64,000 nucleotides of DNA, from assembly GCA_963825965.1 (NCBI GenBank), contig CAWGUX010000012.1, positions 545,881 through 609,880 of the forward strand, in the 5' to 3' direction. Below, in pieces: positions 41,804 to 53,046 of this stretch; within the stretch, counting starts at the first letter, position 1, and every line of letters begins with the position of its first letter. This DNA is from an uncultured Acidimicrobiaceae bacterium (GTDB lineage Bacteria > Actinomycetota > Acidimicrobiia > Acidimicrobiales > RAAP-2). A program made the translations under genes and the position numbers. The notes beneath the pieces are model-generated. The model worked only from the letters and a program-made list of their open reading frames with translations, was not told the origin of the DNA and made no database searches.

Positions 41804-44258
41804 GTGGTGACCAAGACCCGCAGCGCCCCGACGCGGGCGCCGGCCCGTTCCGCCGCCAAGAAGCCCGGCCTCGCGTGCCCAGCGGGCGGCGCCCGGCGCG
41901 GTCGCCCGCAGCGGCCGCCGTTCTGGCGGGTCCAGGCACGGGACCTGTGGGCGGTCGGGCTCATCACGCTCGGCGTCCTGCTGGCGCTGGCGCTGTGGGG
42001 CCAACAGCTCGGCCCGGTCGGGCACTGGACCAACAGCGGGCTGGCGCTGCTCGCCGGCTGGGCCCGCGTCCTCCTCCCGCTGGTCGCCGTGGGCGCCGGG
42101 TGCGCGCTGTTGTTCGACCGCCGTCCCGCGACGAGGAGGAGCGACGAGGAGCGCGGTGACGGGCGCCGACCCTGGCGCCTCGCGGTCGGCACGGTGCTCG
42201 GCCTCCTCGGCGTCTGCGGCCTGGCCGAGCTGGCGAAGGGCACGCCCGCCGCTGTCTCGGACTCGCACGCGCTGCGCGACGGCGGGGGCTACCTCGGCGC
42301 GGTGGTGGGCCGCCCGCTCCATGCCGGCCTCGGCACGGCCGGCGCCACCGTGCTGCTGGTCGCCGTCGTCGTGGTGGCCATCCTGGTGGCGACGGGTGCG
42401 TCGCTCGCCTCGGTCGGCCGGGCCCTGCGCACCGGCGCCGTGGCCACCGGCCGCGCCGCCGCCGAGCTGTGGCGCGGCAAGCCGTTCGTCATCGTGCCCG
42501 AAGGCTCGACGACCGATCTGGGCGCGGCCTCGCCGGATCCGCGACGACCTCGACGCCGAGGCCGGCGACCCTCCGGACGAGCCTCCCGCCGACGAGGACG
42601 ACACCGACATCGACATCCCGCTCGACCCCGAGCCGGAGTCCGAGCCGGCGCTCGAGCCCGAGCCGGACCTGCCGGTGCCGGCCGTCGCCTCCTCGCCTCG
42701 GGGCCCCGGGGAGTGGACACTGCCCAAGATGAGCCTGCTGCACCAGTCGAAGAAGATGCGCCAGGACCAGCGCCAGATCGACGCCGCCGGCGAGGAGCTG
42801 GTGCGGCGCGCTGGCCGCGCACGGCGTGGAGACGCGCCTGGTCGGGGAGCAGGGTCGGCCCGACCGTGACGCGCTACGAGATCGAGCTCGGGCCCGGGCG
42901 TCAAGGTCGCCCGCGTCACCAGCCTCTCCAAGGACATCGCCTACGCCATGGCGTCGCCCGACGTGCGCATCCTCGCACCCATCCCGGGCAAGTCGGCCAT
43001 CGGCGTCGAGGTGCCGAACCGGACGCGCCAGCTCGTCTCGCTGCGCGACATCCTCGAGTCGCAGCGAGGCGCGCAGCGCCAACGGCCATCCCCTCGAGGT
43101 CGCCATGGGCCGCGACATCGCCGGGCGTGCCGTCATGGCCAACCTGGCCGAAATGCCGCACATCCTCATCTCGGGCGCCACCGGGTCGGGCAAGTCATCG
43201 TGCATGAACTCCATCATCACGTCGATCCTGATGCGCGACACGCCCGACAAGGTCAAGCTGATCCTGGTCGACCCCAAGCGCGGTCGAGCTGGGCCAGTAC
43301 GACGGGCTGCCGCACCTGCTCAACCCGGTGGTGGTCGACCCGAAGAAGGCCGCCAACGCCCTGGCGTGGGCGGTCAAGGAGATGGAGCGGCGCTACGACA
43401 TCCTGGCGGAGAACGGCGTGCGCGACATCACCGGCTACAACCAGCTGGTCGAGGAGGGGCTGATCGCGCCGCCGCGCCGTCGGACCGCCGGCGCAGCCGC
43501 GACGTCGCGGCCCGGGCGCTCGGCGAGGACCATCCGGCGGTCGAGGACGAGGCCGAACTCGACGACGAGCCCGAGCCGCCGCAGACGCTGCCGTTCATCC
43601 TCGTCGTGGTCGACGAGCTCAACGACCTCATGATGGTGGCGGCCCGCGACGTCGAGGACTCCATCGTGCGCATCGCCCAGATGGCCCGTGCCGTCGGCAT
43701 CCACCTGGTCATCGCCACCCAGCGTCCATCGGTCGACGTCATCACGGGTGTGATCAAGGCCAACATCCCGAGCCGCATGGCCTTCTCGGTCTCGTCGCTG
43801 GCCGACAGCCGGGTGCATCCTGGACCAGCCCGGCGCCGAGCGCCTGATCGGCAAGGGGGACATGCTGCTGCTCACCGCCTCCTCGAACATCCCGCGGCGC
43901 CTCCAGGCGCCCTGGGTCTCGGAGGAGGAAGTGCGCGACGTGGTGCAGCACTGGCAGCGCCCAGGGCGGGCAGACCGAGGCGATCGTGGGCATCGAGGGG
44001 ATCGACGACGGGCCGCTGGGGAGGGACGGCGTCGACGATGACGACGACGAGTACCTGTCGCAGGCCCGGGACCTCGTGGTGCGCTCCCAGCTGGGCTCGA
44101 CCTCCATGCTGCAGCGCAAGCTGCGGGTCGGATTCGCCCGGGCCGGGCGCCTGATGGACCTGCTCGAGCAGGCCGGCGTCGTCGGACCGAGCGAGGGCTC
44201 CAAGGCGCGTGCGGTGCTCATGACGCCCGAAGAGCTCGACGCACTGAACCGGCGGTGA
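41804..44258 (+). pseudogene. ftsK: DNA translocase FtsK, about nine frame breaks
   Basis: N-terminal TM region, then an acidic linker. [32 protein letters not shown], the Walker [37 protein letters not shown] and HLVIATQRPSVDVITGVIKAN follow. The gamma domain is [31 protein letters not shown]. The pieces lie in ORFs 40952..43207, 42156..42869, 42826..44154, 42948..43463, 43328..43633 and 43986..44258. Confidence 0.9.
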
Positions 44259-45607
44259 GCCCGGACGCCGAGGCGCCACTCATGGTGGCGCCGTTCCGGC
44301 TCGACTCGTTGCGCGAGCCCCCGCCCGCGCCGACGCGTCCACCCCAGCGCGCGACGCGGGCCGCCACGCGGCTTCGCTCGCCACCGGCGACGCGGGCGCC
44401 GGAGCCTCGTCGTGCTGGTGGCGCTCGCTCGTCCTGGTCGCGGCAGCCGGCTGCCTTCGTGGGCGTCCGGCTGCAGCGCCCCCGATCCGGCGCCGGCGGT
44501 CGACGCCGGTGCTGGCACGGACCGTGTCGGTGCCCGCGACGGTCGGTGCCACTGCCATGGCCGAACGCCGGGCCAGGGCGCCGTCGCCGTCCCGGCCATC
44601 GGCGTCGACGAGGCGTCGGGCCCCGAGCAGCCGGCGCCCGTGGCCAGCCTGACCAAGCTCATGACGGCCTACGTGATCCTGCACGACCATCCGCTGGCGC
44701 TCGGCCAGCCGGGCCCGACCATCACGGTGAGCCAGGCCGACGTCGACGACTACGACAACGACACGGTCGACGACGACTCGAACGCACAGGTGACGCTCGG
44801 GCGAGCGGATCACCGAGGCGCAGGTGCTGAGCGGCCTGCTGGTGCACTCCGCCGACAACTACGCCGACCTGCTGGCGCGCTGGGACGCCGGCAGCATCCC
44901 CGCCTTCGTGGCCAAGATGAACGCGGACGGCCGCAGCGCTCGGCATGAGCCAGTCGCACTTCGCCGACGCGAGCGGCGTCGACCCTGCGTCCGTCTCGAC
45001 CGCCTCGGACCTGCTCAAGGTGGCGGCCCCCGACATGGCCGACCCGGCCTTCGCGGCGATCGTGAAGCAGCCCGTCGGTGACCCTCCCGGTGGCGGGCAC
45101 GATCTCGACCTACACGCCGCTGCTCGGGATCCAGGGCGTCATCGGCGTGAAGTCGGGGTACACGACGGCCGCCGGCGGCTGCGACGTGATCGCGGTCGAT
45201 CCGTCACCGTGCACGGCCAGCAGGTCCTCCTCCTGGCCGCGGTCACCGGGCAACAGGGAGCCGAGGCTGCTCGCGCAGGCCGGGCTGCACGGCCTGGCGC
45301 TGGTCGACGCGCTGGGGCCGCTCATCGGCACCACCCAGGTGCTGCGGGGCGGCGCCGTCGCCGCCCGTGTGCACGAGGCGGGCAGGACGGTCGGCGCCGA
45401 CGACGGCCTCGGCGGTGACGATGCTGACGTGGCCCGGGGTCACGGCGCGTCGGGCGTTCCGATGCCCAGCGCACGCTCACCGACCAGGCGCGGCGGGGCG
45501 CGGTGGCGGGCACCGAGGTGGTGACGCTCGGCACGCAGCGCGTCGTGGTCCCGGTGCGGCTGCAGCAGGACGTGCCGCGCCCGTCGCTGCTCCAGCGGAT
45601 CTTCTAG
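44255..45607 (+). pseudogene. D-alanyl-D-alanine carboxypeptidase (S11 penicillin-binding protein), many frame breaks; start uncertain
   Basis: SxxK is in PVASLTKLMTAY, SxN in LVHSADNYA and KxG in IGVKSGYTTAAGG. The C-terminal piece is GTEVVTLGTQRVVVPVRLQQDVPRPSLLQRIF, with the stop at 45605-45607. The pieces lie in ORFs 44412..44948, 44824..45081, 44945..45418 and 45078..45524. Confidence 0.8.
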
Positions 45608-45625
45608 AGCACGTAGCCTGACGCC

Positions 45626-46491
45626 GTGCGCGCACGGGCTCCAGCGTCGTCGGCCAACCTCGGGCCGGGGTTCGACACGCTGGCGGTCGCGCTCGAGTGC
45701 TACGTGAGCGTCGAGGTCGAGCCGGCGCCGTCGCTGCAGGTGCGCACGGAAGGGGAGGGGGCAGGCCTCTTCGACGACGCGTCGCACCTCGCGGCGCGCG
45801 TCGCCACCGAGGTCCTCGGCCACGACCGCTGCGCGGTGACGGTGCGGTCGCAGATCCCCTTGGCGCGCGGGCTCGGCTCGTCGGCCGCCCTCGCCGCCGC
45901 AGCGGCCGCCGCCGCGGGTGCCGATGATCCCTTCACCGTGGCGGCCGCGTACGACGGACATCCCGAGAACGCGGCGGCCAGCCGTTCGGCGGCCTGGTCG
46001 TCGCCACCACCGTGGAGGGCAGCGCCGTGCACGCGCCGCTGCCGCTGAGCGACGAGCTGGCCTTCGTCGTCATCGTCCCCGACCGCGACCTGGCGACCCC
46101 CGAAGCGCGCGGCGTGTTGCCCGACTCCCTCAGCCGGGCCGACGCCGTGTTCAACCTCGGCCGCATGGGTCTCCTGCTGGCCGGGCTGGCCGACCCGTCG
46201 GCACTCGTGCCCGCGGCGACGGGTGACCGCATCCACCAGCCGGCCCGCACGCAACTGTTCCCCGAGTCGACCGCGCTGCTCGCGGCGCTCGTCGACGCCG
46301 GCGCGCTCGCGGCCAGCTGGTCCGGTGCCGGGCCGACGCTCATCGGCATCGTGCGCGGCGCGTCCGCGGACTCGGTGCGCGCCGGTGCGGAGGCCGCGCT
46401 CGCAGGCTCGGGTGTGCCTGGGCGCGTGCTCGAGCTCAGCGCCGATCGCCGCGGCCTCGTCTACGGCGACGAGGCGGTCGTCGACCTGTAG
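45626..46491 (+). pseudogene. thrB: homoserine kinase, one frame break (about 45982, one base missing)
   Basis: VRARAPASSANLGPGFD...IPLARGLGSSAA...DGHPENAAAS is in ORF 45626..46048. FGGLVVATTVEG... continues in ORF 46012..46491. Confidence 0.9.
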
Positions 46492-46547
46492 CGGCCTCCT
46501 CGAGTCCCGCTCCCGGTCCCGCCGCCCTCGAGTCCCGCGCCGTCGGA

Positions 46548-47855
46548 TCAGGCGAGGCCGGGTGTGACCGTATGCCGCGTGCCGGCGTCGGGCGTGGCCG
46601 AGGACAGCCGCGCGCCACGTCGACGAGGCTGGCGGCGACTGCCAGCAGTGCGAAGATCAGCGTGCCGAACGCGGCGACGCCGTGGTTCCCCGGGTGCAAC
46701 GCCACGAAGAACGCAGCCGCCGCGCACCAGGCGAGGGAGCGGGCGGGAGAGCGGCGAGCGACGAGATCGAGCACGAAGAAGAGCACGCTGGGGGCGAGGA
46801 GGTAATAGGGGAACACGACGGACTCGAAGACGAGCCGGCCGCTCACGCAGGCAAGGCTGAGCGCCACCAGGGTGTCGGGTCGGCGCAGCCAGGGCCCGCG
46901 CCGCGAGAGCGCCCAGACGCAGATCGCCGCGGCAAAGAGGACGGGCGCGTCGCGAGCCACCGCCGAGGCCACCGTGCCCGACACGCCCGAGAGCGTCAGC
47001 ACGGTCGCACCCGAGACCGCACCCCCGGCACTGAAGCCACTGAAGTTCTCGAGGGTGGCCCGCGGCGCCGACACGAGGAACGGGAGGATGCCGGCGGCCG
47101 CCACGACGACGGCCGTCGACCACGAGGCGTAGCCGTGGGGCGGCAGCGGGAACCACGACGACGGCGGGGAGCGCCAGGAGGATGGCGAATTGCTTGGTCA
47201 CGATGGCCAGGCCGAAGAGCGCGCCGGCCAGGACCCAGCGGCCGCGGATCGTCTGGCCCAGCGCGCCCAGGGCGAGGCCGAGGCTCACGATGTCCTGTGG
47301 ATGGAAGAGCTGCACGATGGCGCTGCTCGCGGCGGGAAGGAAGGCCAAGAAGACGAACAGCCCGGCCAGTCGCGCCGGGGAGTCGGCCTCGGCTGCGCGC
47401 AGGAGCGACCACGCGCCTCCCGCCAGCACCAGCCACCCCAGCACGCCCAGCAGGCCCTGGGCTCGGTACCAGGGCGGCGAGACCACACTCGCGCCGGACG
47501 GGCCACCTGTGCCGCATTCGTTGACGTCGGCGCCGAAGTTCGGATCGTGCACGTACGAGCTCTCCTGGTGCAGCGCGGCGGCCCGGCCCGTCGTGAGGCA
47601 CCACGTCGGCGCGCCGACGACCGAGGGGAGCGCAGCCACGAACGGCGCGGTGAGGAGCGCGTAGCCAGGCGGGGTGGGCAATCCGTCCTCGGCGGCGGCG
47701 GCGTGCAGCTGCCCCGAGGCCAGGGCGGAGGTGACGGTGGTGAGCGGCGTGGTGTCGCCGCCCGGTGGTGGCCCCTGGCGGGCCAGCACGACGGCGAGGT
47801 AACAGGCCGCACCCGCAACGAGGAGCAGCAGGCCCAGGAGCGTGCGGCGCGTCAT
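46548..47855 (-). pseudogene. polytopic membrane protein, possibly a GT-C-type glycosyltransferase; at least one frame break (about 47130); 3' end uncertain
   Basis: ORF 46548..47855 gives an N-terminal TM, an approximately 100-aa loop and several TM segments (FHPQDIVSLGLALG...LAIVTKQFAILLALP). The hydrophobic continuation AAAGILPFLVSAPRATLENF... is in ORF 46436..47104. The functional call is weak. Confidence 0.5.
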
Positions 47856-48046
47856 GGCGTCCGTGCTGACCTGTGTGCGATCCGGGTCACCTTAGCGAGG
47901 GCCTGACATGGAGATCCGGCTTCGCCGTCGATCGTTCAGCCGCCCCGTGGGTGCGCCGACCTCATGGAAAGCTGTGGCGGGGGAGGCCCAGTTGCTCATC
48001 GTCGACCACGGATACGAAGCTGACCGTAGACCTGCCTGACCGCGGC

Positions 48047-50470
48047 GTGGCATCGCCGCCGGCGACTGACGTCCGCAATGAGGACCGTGTCGGCGGCGAT
48101 GCGGCCACGACGCCGTCCCCGACCCGCATCGCCGCCCGTACCGGCTCGGGGACCCTCGCGGCCATCGTGGTCGGGATGCTCGCTGCCGCCATCTACCGGC
48201 GCGGCGCCTTCTACCCGTCCGACGCCTTCGGCGTGGCCATCGTGTCGGGCATCCTCTCGGTGCTCGCCCTCGCCCGCGTCCGCGACCGGCTGTCCGTGTT
48301 GCTGACGGCGACGGTGGGCGGGTTGGCCCTCTGGTGGCTGGTGCGCTCCGCCGCGGTGCATCGCCCTGCCGCCTTCTTGCCGCTCGGCGCCTCCATGCTC
48401 GGCTTCCTGGCCGCCGCGCTCGTGGTCAAGGAGCTCGACGACAGTGGTCGCGCCGCGTCGCGCTGGCGCTGGTCGGCGTCACCGCCGTCACCGCCGCCCT
48501 CGGTGTCGTCGGTCTGGTGTGGCAGGTCGACCCCCTCGCCCAACGCGCCGGCTCGTTCTGGCAACTCGCTACCCCGCTCACGCACCCCGCGGCTGCCGCC
48601 GCGCTCCTTGGCGTCGCGCTGGTGCTGGCGCTGGGTCTCGATCTGCGACAGCCACTGGTGCGCGGGGCGCTGTGCCTCGTGGTGGCCGCCTTCATCGGGA
48701 CGCAGAGCCACTGGACCCTGCTCGCATTGGCCGCTGGTGCGTGCCTCGTCCCTACCCGGCGCTGGCTCGCCGCCGCATGGCCCCTGGCGGCGGGTGTCCT
48801 GGCGGGCGTCGTGGTCGTGGCCGCGGCCTCGGGACATCTCGGGCCGTGGCCGTCGACCATCCTGCTCGCGGCCCTGGTGGCGGCGGCGGGGCTGCGCGCC
48901 GTGCCTCGTTGGGGGCGGGCGACGGTTCCCACCGGCGCCGCGGTCGTGGTCGTCGTCGTGGTGCTGGCCGGACTGGCCGTGCTGCTGCTCCGGCCACCGG
49001 GCGTGGCGGGACCGGCGCAACCACCCAGCCAGGGTCAGACGCTGGCCTGGTCCGCCGCCGCCCACAGCTGGCGCTCGTCGACGACCGGCGGCGTCGGACC
49101 GCCGACCGTCGACGCGTCCAGCCAGCCGGTCGACCGCTATCCGGGCCTCACACCCGACACCTACCTGAGCGTGCTGGCCGACGCCGGGCTGGTGGGTGCC
49201 GTACTCCTCGTCGGCGCGGTCACCACGGCCGCCTGGGGCTGCCGACGGCGCGACGTTCTGACGTCGTGCGCGGCCGGTGCCGCCGTGACCTTCGCGGTGG
49301 CGGGGGCGATCAGCCCGTCGTGGGAACTGCCGGCAGTCGCCATCCTCGGGGGTTGCGCGGTCGGGCTGGCCGTCCGTCGCGACCGGGACGACCGGGGCGC
49401 GGGTGCCACGCCGCAACGGGTGCAGCGGATAGTCGGCGCGGGCGCGTGGGGCGTCGCCGTGGTCGCACTCGTGGTCACCCAGACCTCCGTCGGGTTCGCC
49501 CGCGACGCGGGCGGCGGTCTGGACGTGGCCCAGAGCAATGCACCCCCTCCGACACCGACCCCATCCGCGCCGGCCCGCTACATCCTCAGCGGTCCAGACG
49601 CGAGCGATCCGTACATGACCAAATGGCACAAGACGTACTACATCTATACGAATCAGAGCCTTGGCGGTCTCAACGTGCCCGTCCGTACCGGACCCGAGCC
49701 GGGCCAGTGGGGTCCGCCGGTCGATGCGTTGCCGCTTCTCCCGGGCTGGGCAGCCGGCGGACTGACGTGGGCGCCCGACGTCCATAAGGTGGCCGGCGGG
49801 TGGGCCCTCTACTACAGCGTCCTGCTCGCCGGTGAATCCGTCCACACACTGCATCGGTGCGGCGTTCGGATCGTCGCCCGACGGGCCCGTTCGTGCCGGC
49901 GGACCACCCGTTCGTCTGCCAGCTCGACCATCGGGGGTCGATCGACGCCCGCGTGTCTTCGTCGACGGCCCGCATCTGATCCTGTTGTGGAAGTCCGAGG
50001 ACAACGCCAACCCGTCCGTGCCCGGTCCGGACCAGGACGGCGACACCGGCATCTACGCGCAGGAGCTGAGCGCCGACGGGAAGCAGCTGCTGGGCCGCCC
50101 GTCAAGATTCTCGGACCCAGCCAAGCGTGGGAGGGGACGATCGTCGAGGCACCCGACATGGTCGAGGCCTGGGGGACCTACTGGTTGTTCTTCTCGGGCA
50201 ACTGGTTCACCTCACCCTCGTATGGCATCGGTGTCGCCGCCTGCGAGACGCCCTTCGGCCCGTGTTCGGACGTGAGCCCCAAACCGTTCGTCGGGTCCAA
50301 CGGTCAGGGCTTCGGCCCGGGGGAGGAATCGCGTGTTCGAGAAGGGGAGCAACGTCTACCTGCTCTACAACCCGTTCCGGGCCAGTACCGCGCCGGAGAT
50401 CCCCCATCGGCCGGCCGTGATGGCCCGGGTCGGGTTCACGCCCGAAGGGCCGTATCTGGCCGCGCCCTGA
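48047..50470 (+). pseudogene. fusion of an O-antigen-ligase/Wzy-like polytopic domain with a C-terminal GH43-like beta-propeller domain; about seven frame breaks
   Basis: The TM region lies in ORFs 47873..49168 and 48334..51645, with the loop TPDTYLSVLADAGLVGAVLL. The same frame then continues without a stop into DPYMTKWHKTYYIYTN, WAPDVHKVAGGWALYYS, GSIDARVFVDGPHLILLWK, GTIVEAPDMVEAWGTYWLFFSGN and VFEKGSNVYLLYN. The stop is at 50468-50470. Confidence 0.6.
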
Positions 50471-50571
50471 GCGACCGGCCCAACGTCCGACCCAGGTCCG
50501 AGCTTGCACCGGCTAACAGAGGTAGGTTTTGCGCCGCAATCCACTCGACCGGGAAAGAGCGGGGTGAGGCA

Positions 50572-52436
50572 GTGAAGAACTGGAGGCCTCGGGCACGCAT
50601 GGCGGTCATCGCCGGCGGCGAGTTTCGTCTTGTTGGTGACGGTCCTTCCGCAGATCGCATCGGGTTTCGGGCTGACGTCCTTGGCCAATCGAATCGTGGG
50701 GTCGGAGTCGTGTGTCAGCAGCAGCTCGAGCAGCAGCTCGAGCATGTGCTGTTCGAGCAGCTCGACCACCACGAGCTCCTCAACCTGCTCGGGCACGGGC
50801 ACCGTCACCGGCACCGTGACGGTGACGGGCGCACCCAAGAAGTTCAGCGCCGCCTATCTCGGTGCGGGCGCCTGCCCGGCTTCGAGCCCGCCCAACCAGA
50901 CCTGCTCCGACCCGCAGTACGCCTTGGCTTCCGACGGCGTGTACACGCTGAGTCTGTCGGTGGGGACCTGGCGGATCTCAGGCTTCTACGAGAACAGCGC
51001 CTACGGCGGCGCGTTCATCGGCCCGGCACAAACTGTGACCGTGACCCCGGGCGGGACGGTGCACGTCGACTTCAGCGTTCCCTACGAGAAGCCAGCGTCG
51101 CTCAACGGGACCATCACCGTGAAGGACGTGCCGCCGTTCGACGCGGTGGAGCAGCTCTCGGTCCTGCTCTGTCCGTCGTACGCGCCGTACAACGGGGTCT
51201 CCCCGTCCATCGCCTGCGTGAACGGCTACGGCGTGGGCTTGACCGTGACCAATGGCACGGCGACCGCGTCGTACTCGCTGAGCGGCCTTCCTCCGGTGAC
51301 ATGGACCGCGTACCCCAGCTTCTGTGCCGAATCGGGCTGCGGGACCAACGCCAAGAAGGGCGTGACCGTGACCCTGACGCCGGGCGGCTCGGGCACGGCC
51401 AACGTCAGCACGAGTTTCCTGCTCCCCGGCCAGGCCCTGCTGACCGGGACGATCAGCGTGACCGGTGCGCCGACGAACTTCTCCGACGAGGTCGGGGTGA
51501 TGGCCTGCCCGGAGGGTCAGAGCGGGGGGATCGGTTGCGACGAGTTCTACGGCGTCTCGGGGAACCTCTACGCCATGGTGCTGGCGGCCGGGCAATGGAG
51601 CGTCAAGGGGTTCTACCTGGCTCAGCCGTACGACAACGCGGTTGACGGCCAGACACAGGTCGTGACCCTGGCCAAGAAGCAGACGATGAACCTCTACTTG
51701 AGCGTCCCGTACCAGGTCCCCGGGACGGCAACCGGGACCATCACGGTGAAGGGCCTGCCCGCGGGCGTCAAGGTGAGCTCCTACACCATGCTCGCCTGTC
51801 CGGCGGCGGAGCCGTGGAGCGGTGGGGTTCCCGCTCCCGAGTGCGTGAGCGAGTATTCGGGTCCGGCCGGCTTCGGCTATGGCGCGGCGGACCGCGGCGA
51901 GACCAAGAGCGCCGACGCCTCCGCCAACCCACCGGTTGGCTTCGCCGGCGCCGCCAAGTCCCCAGTGAACGTGTACTCGCTGCCGACCCTGACCGCGGGC
52001 ACCTGGCTGCTCTATCCGGGATATCAGACCATCTTCGGCTCCGCCAGTGACATGAAGGGCAAGCCCGTGACGATCACCTCGGGCAACACGACGACCGCGC
52101 AACGTCGCGGTGGCGTACGAGCAGCCCTCGCAGGGGGCGGTGACCGGCACCGTGACGGTTGTCGGCGCGCCGGCGAACGGTGACTACGAATCCGGCGTAC
52201 TGGCCTGTTCGGCACTGCCGACGCAGGGTTCGTGTCCCGGTGAGACGCAGACATTCAGCCAGCAGAACGGCGCCTACACCTTCCTGTTGTCACCGGGCAC
52301 CTGGTGGCTCGAGGGATTCGTCGACGTCTTCGGCGGCCTGACGTCGAACCAGTCGACGTCGCCGGCCAAGAAGGTCGTGGTCACTGCGGGCACCGAGCTC
52401 ACCAAGAACTTCACGGTCACCGTCGGCGCGTCCTGA
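50572..52436 (+). pseudogene. secreted protein with a signal peptide, a poly-Ser/Thr/Cys linker and five ~100-aa Cys-containing beta-sandwich-like repeats; two frame breaks (about 50625 and 52105)
   Basis: VKNWRPRARMAVIAGGE then FVLLVTVLPQIASGF, followed by SSSSSSSSSMCCSSSSTTTSSSTCSGTG. The repeats start GTVTGTVTVTGAP, SLNGTITVKDVP, LLTGTISVTGAP, ATGTITVKGLP and AVTGTVTVVGAP, each with ACP...C (ORFs 50630..52183 and 52110..52436). Confidence 0.6.
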
Positions 52437-52489
52437 GCGGCCCCGAAGACGATCCGCGTCCCGCCGGCGCCCCGCGAGTGTTCGTCCGG

Positions 52490-53005
52490 TCAGCTCCGAG
52501 CCGATTGGACCTTCGCCACGGCTTCTTGGAGCGACGAGATGGCGTTGTTCACGTTGAACGTGTTGAGCACCTGGTCGTAGTTGGCCTGCGTGGGCTGGGC
52601 GTCACCGAGGATCTCGAGGCTGTTGGCCAGCAACTGTGCCGCGTTGCGTGCAGTGGAGAGCTCGGGTGCCGGCGCGCTGAAGCCGCCGCCCGACGGCCAG
52701 GACGTTGGCATAGCCGTGCACCTTGCCGCCGAGGGTACGGTCGGCGCTCTCGAGGCAGACCACCGGCGTCTGGGCCGCGTTGCACCGCGGCACCCGGCCA
52801 GGTACTGGGTCATTGCCTTCTGCACACTGGCGCCGGCGTTGGCGAGCCGGCTGTCGGCCGACTCTGAGGACGATCCGCCCGAGGCGCCCGAGCCGGAGCC
52901 CGAGGCGGCGCCGCACGCCGCCAGCGCGGGTACCGCCACGACGGCCGCCACCAGCGCCAGGCCATGGCGCAGGCGGTCCGCGGACAGGAGCGACCGGTAG
53001 TGCAT
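52490..53005 (-). pseudogene. putative lipoprotein, apparently two compensating frame breaks
   Basis: The lipobox is LVAAVVAVPALAAC followed by a Gly/Ser linker. The middle part reads better in ORF 52602..52916 (CNAAQTPVVCLESADRTLGGKVHGYANVLAVG). The C-terminal helical part is in ORF 52490..53005. Confidence 0.55.
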
Positions 53006-53046
53006 CGCCGAAAATCTAGGTGCTGGGGCTCCCTAGACTTCGTCGC

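Noticed and set aside
48334-51645. 1103-aa plus-strand ORF that looks like one giant protein
   Set aside because: It is a chimera. Only some parts (the TM region and some GH43 segments) are in the real frame. It then reads through the true stop at 50468-50470 and continues in the wrong frame across the next gene, giving Arg-rich nonsense.
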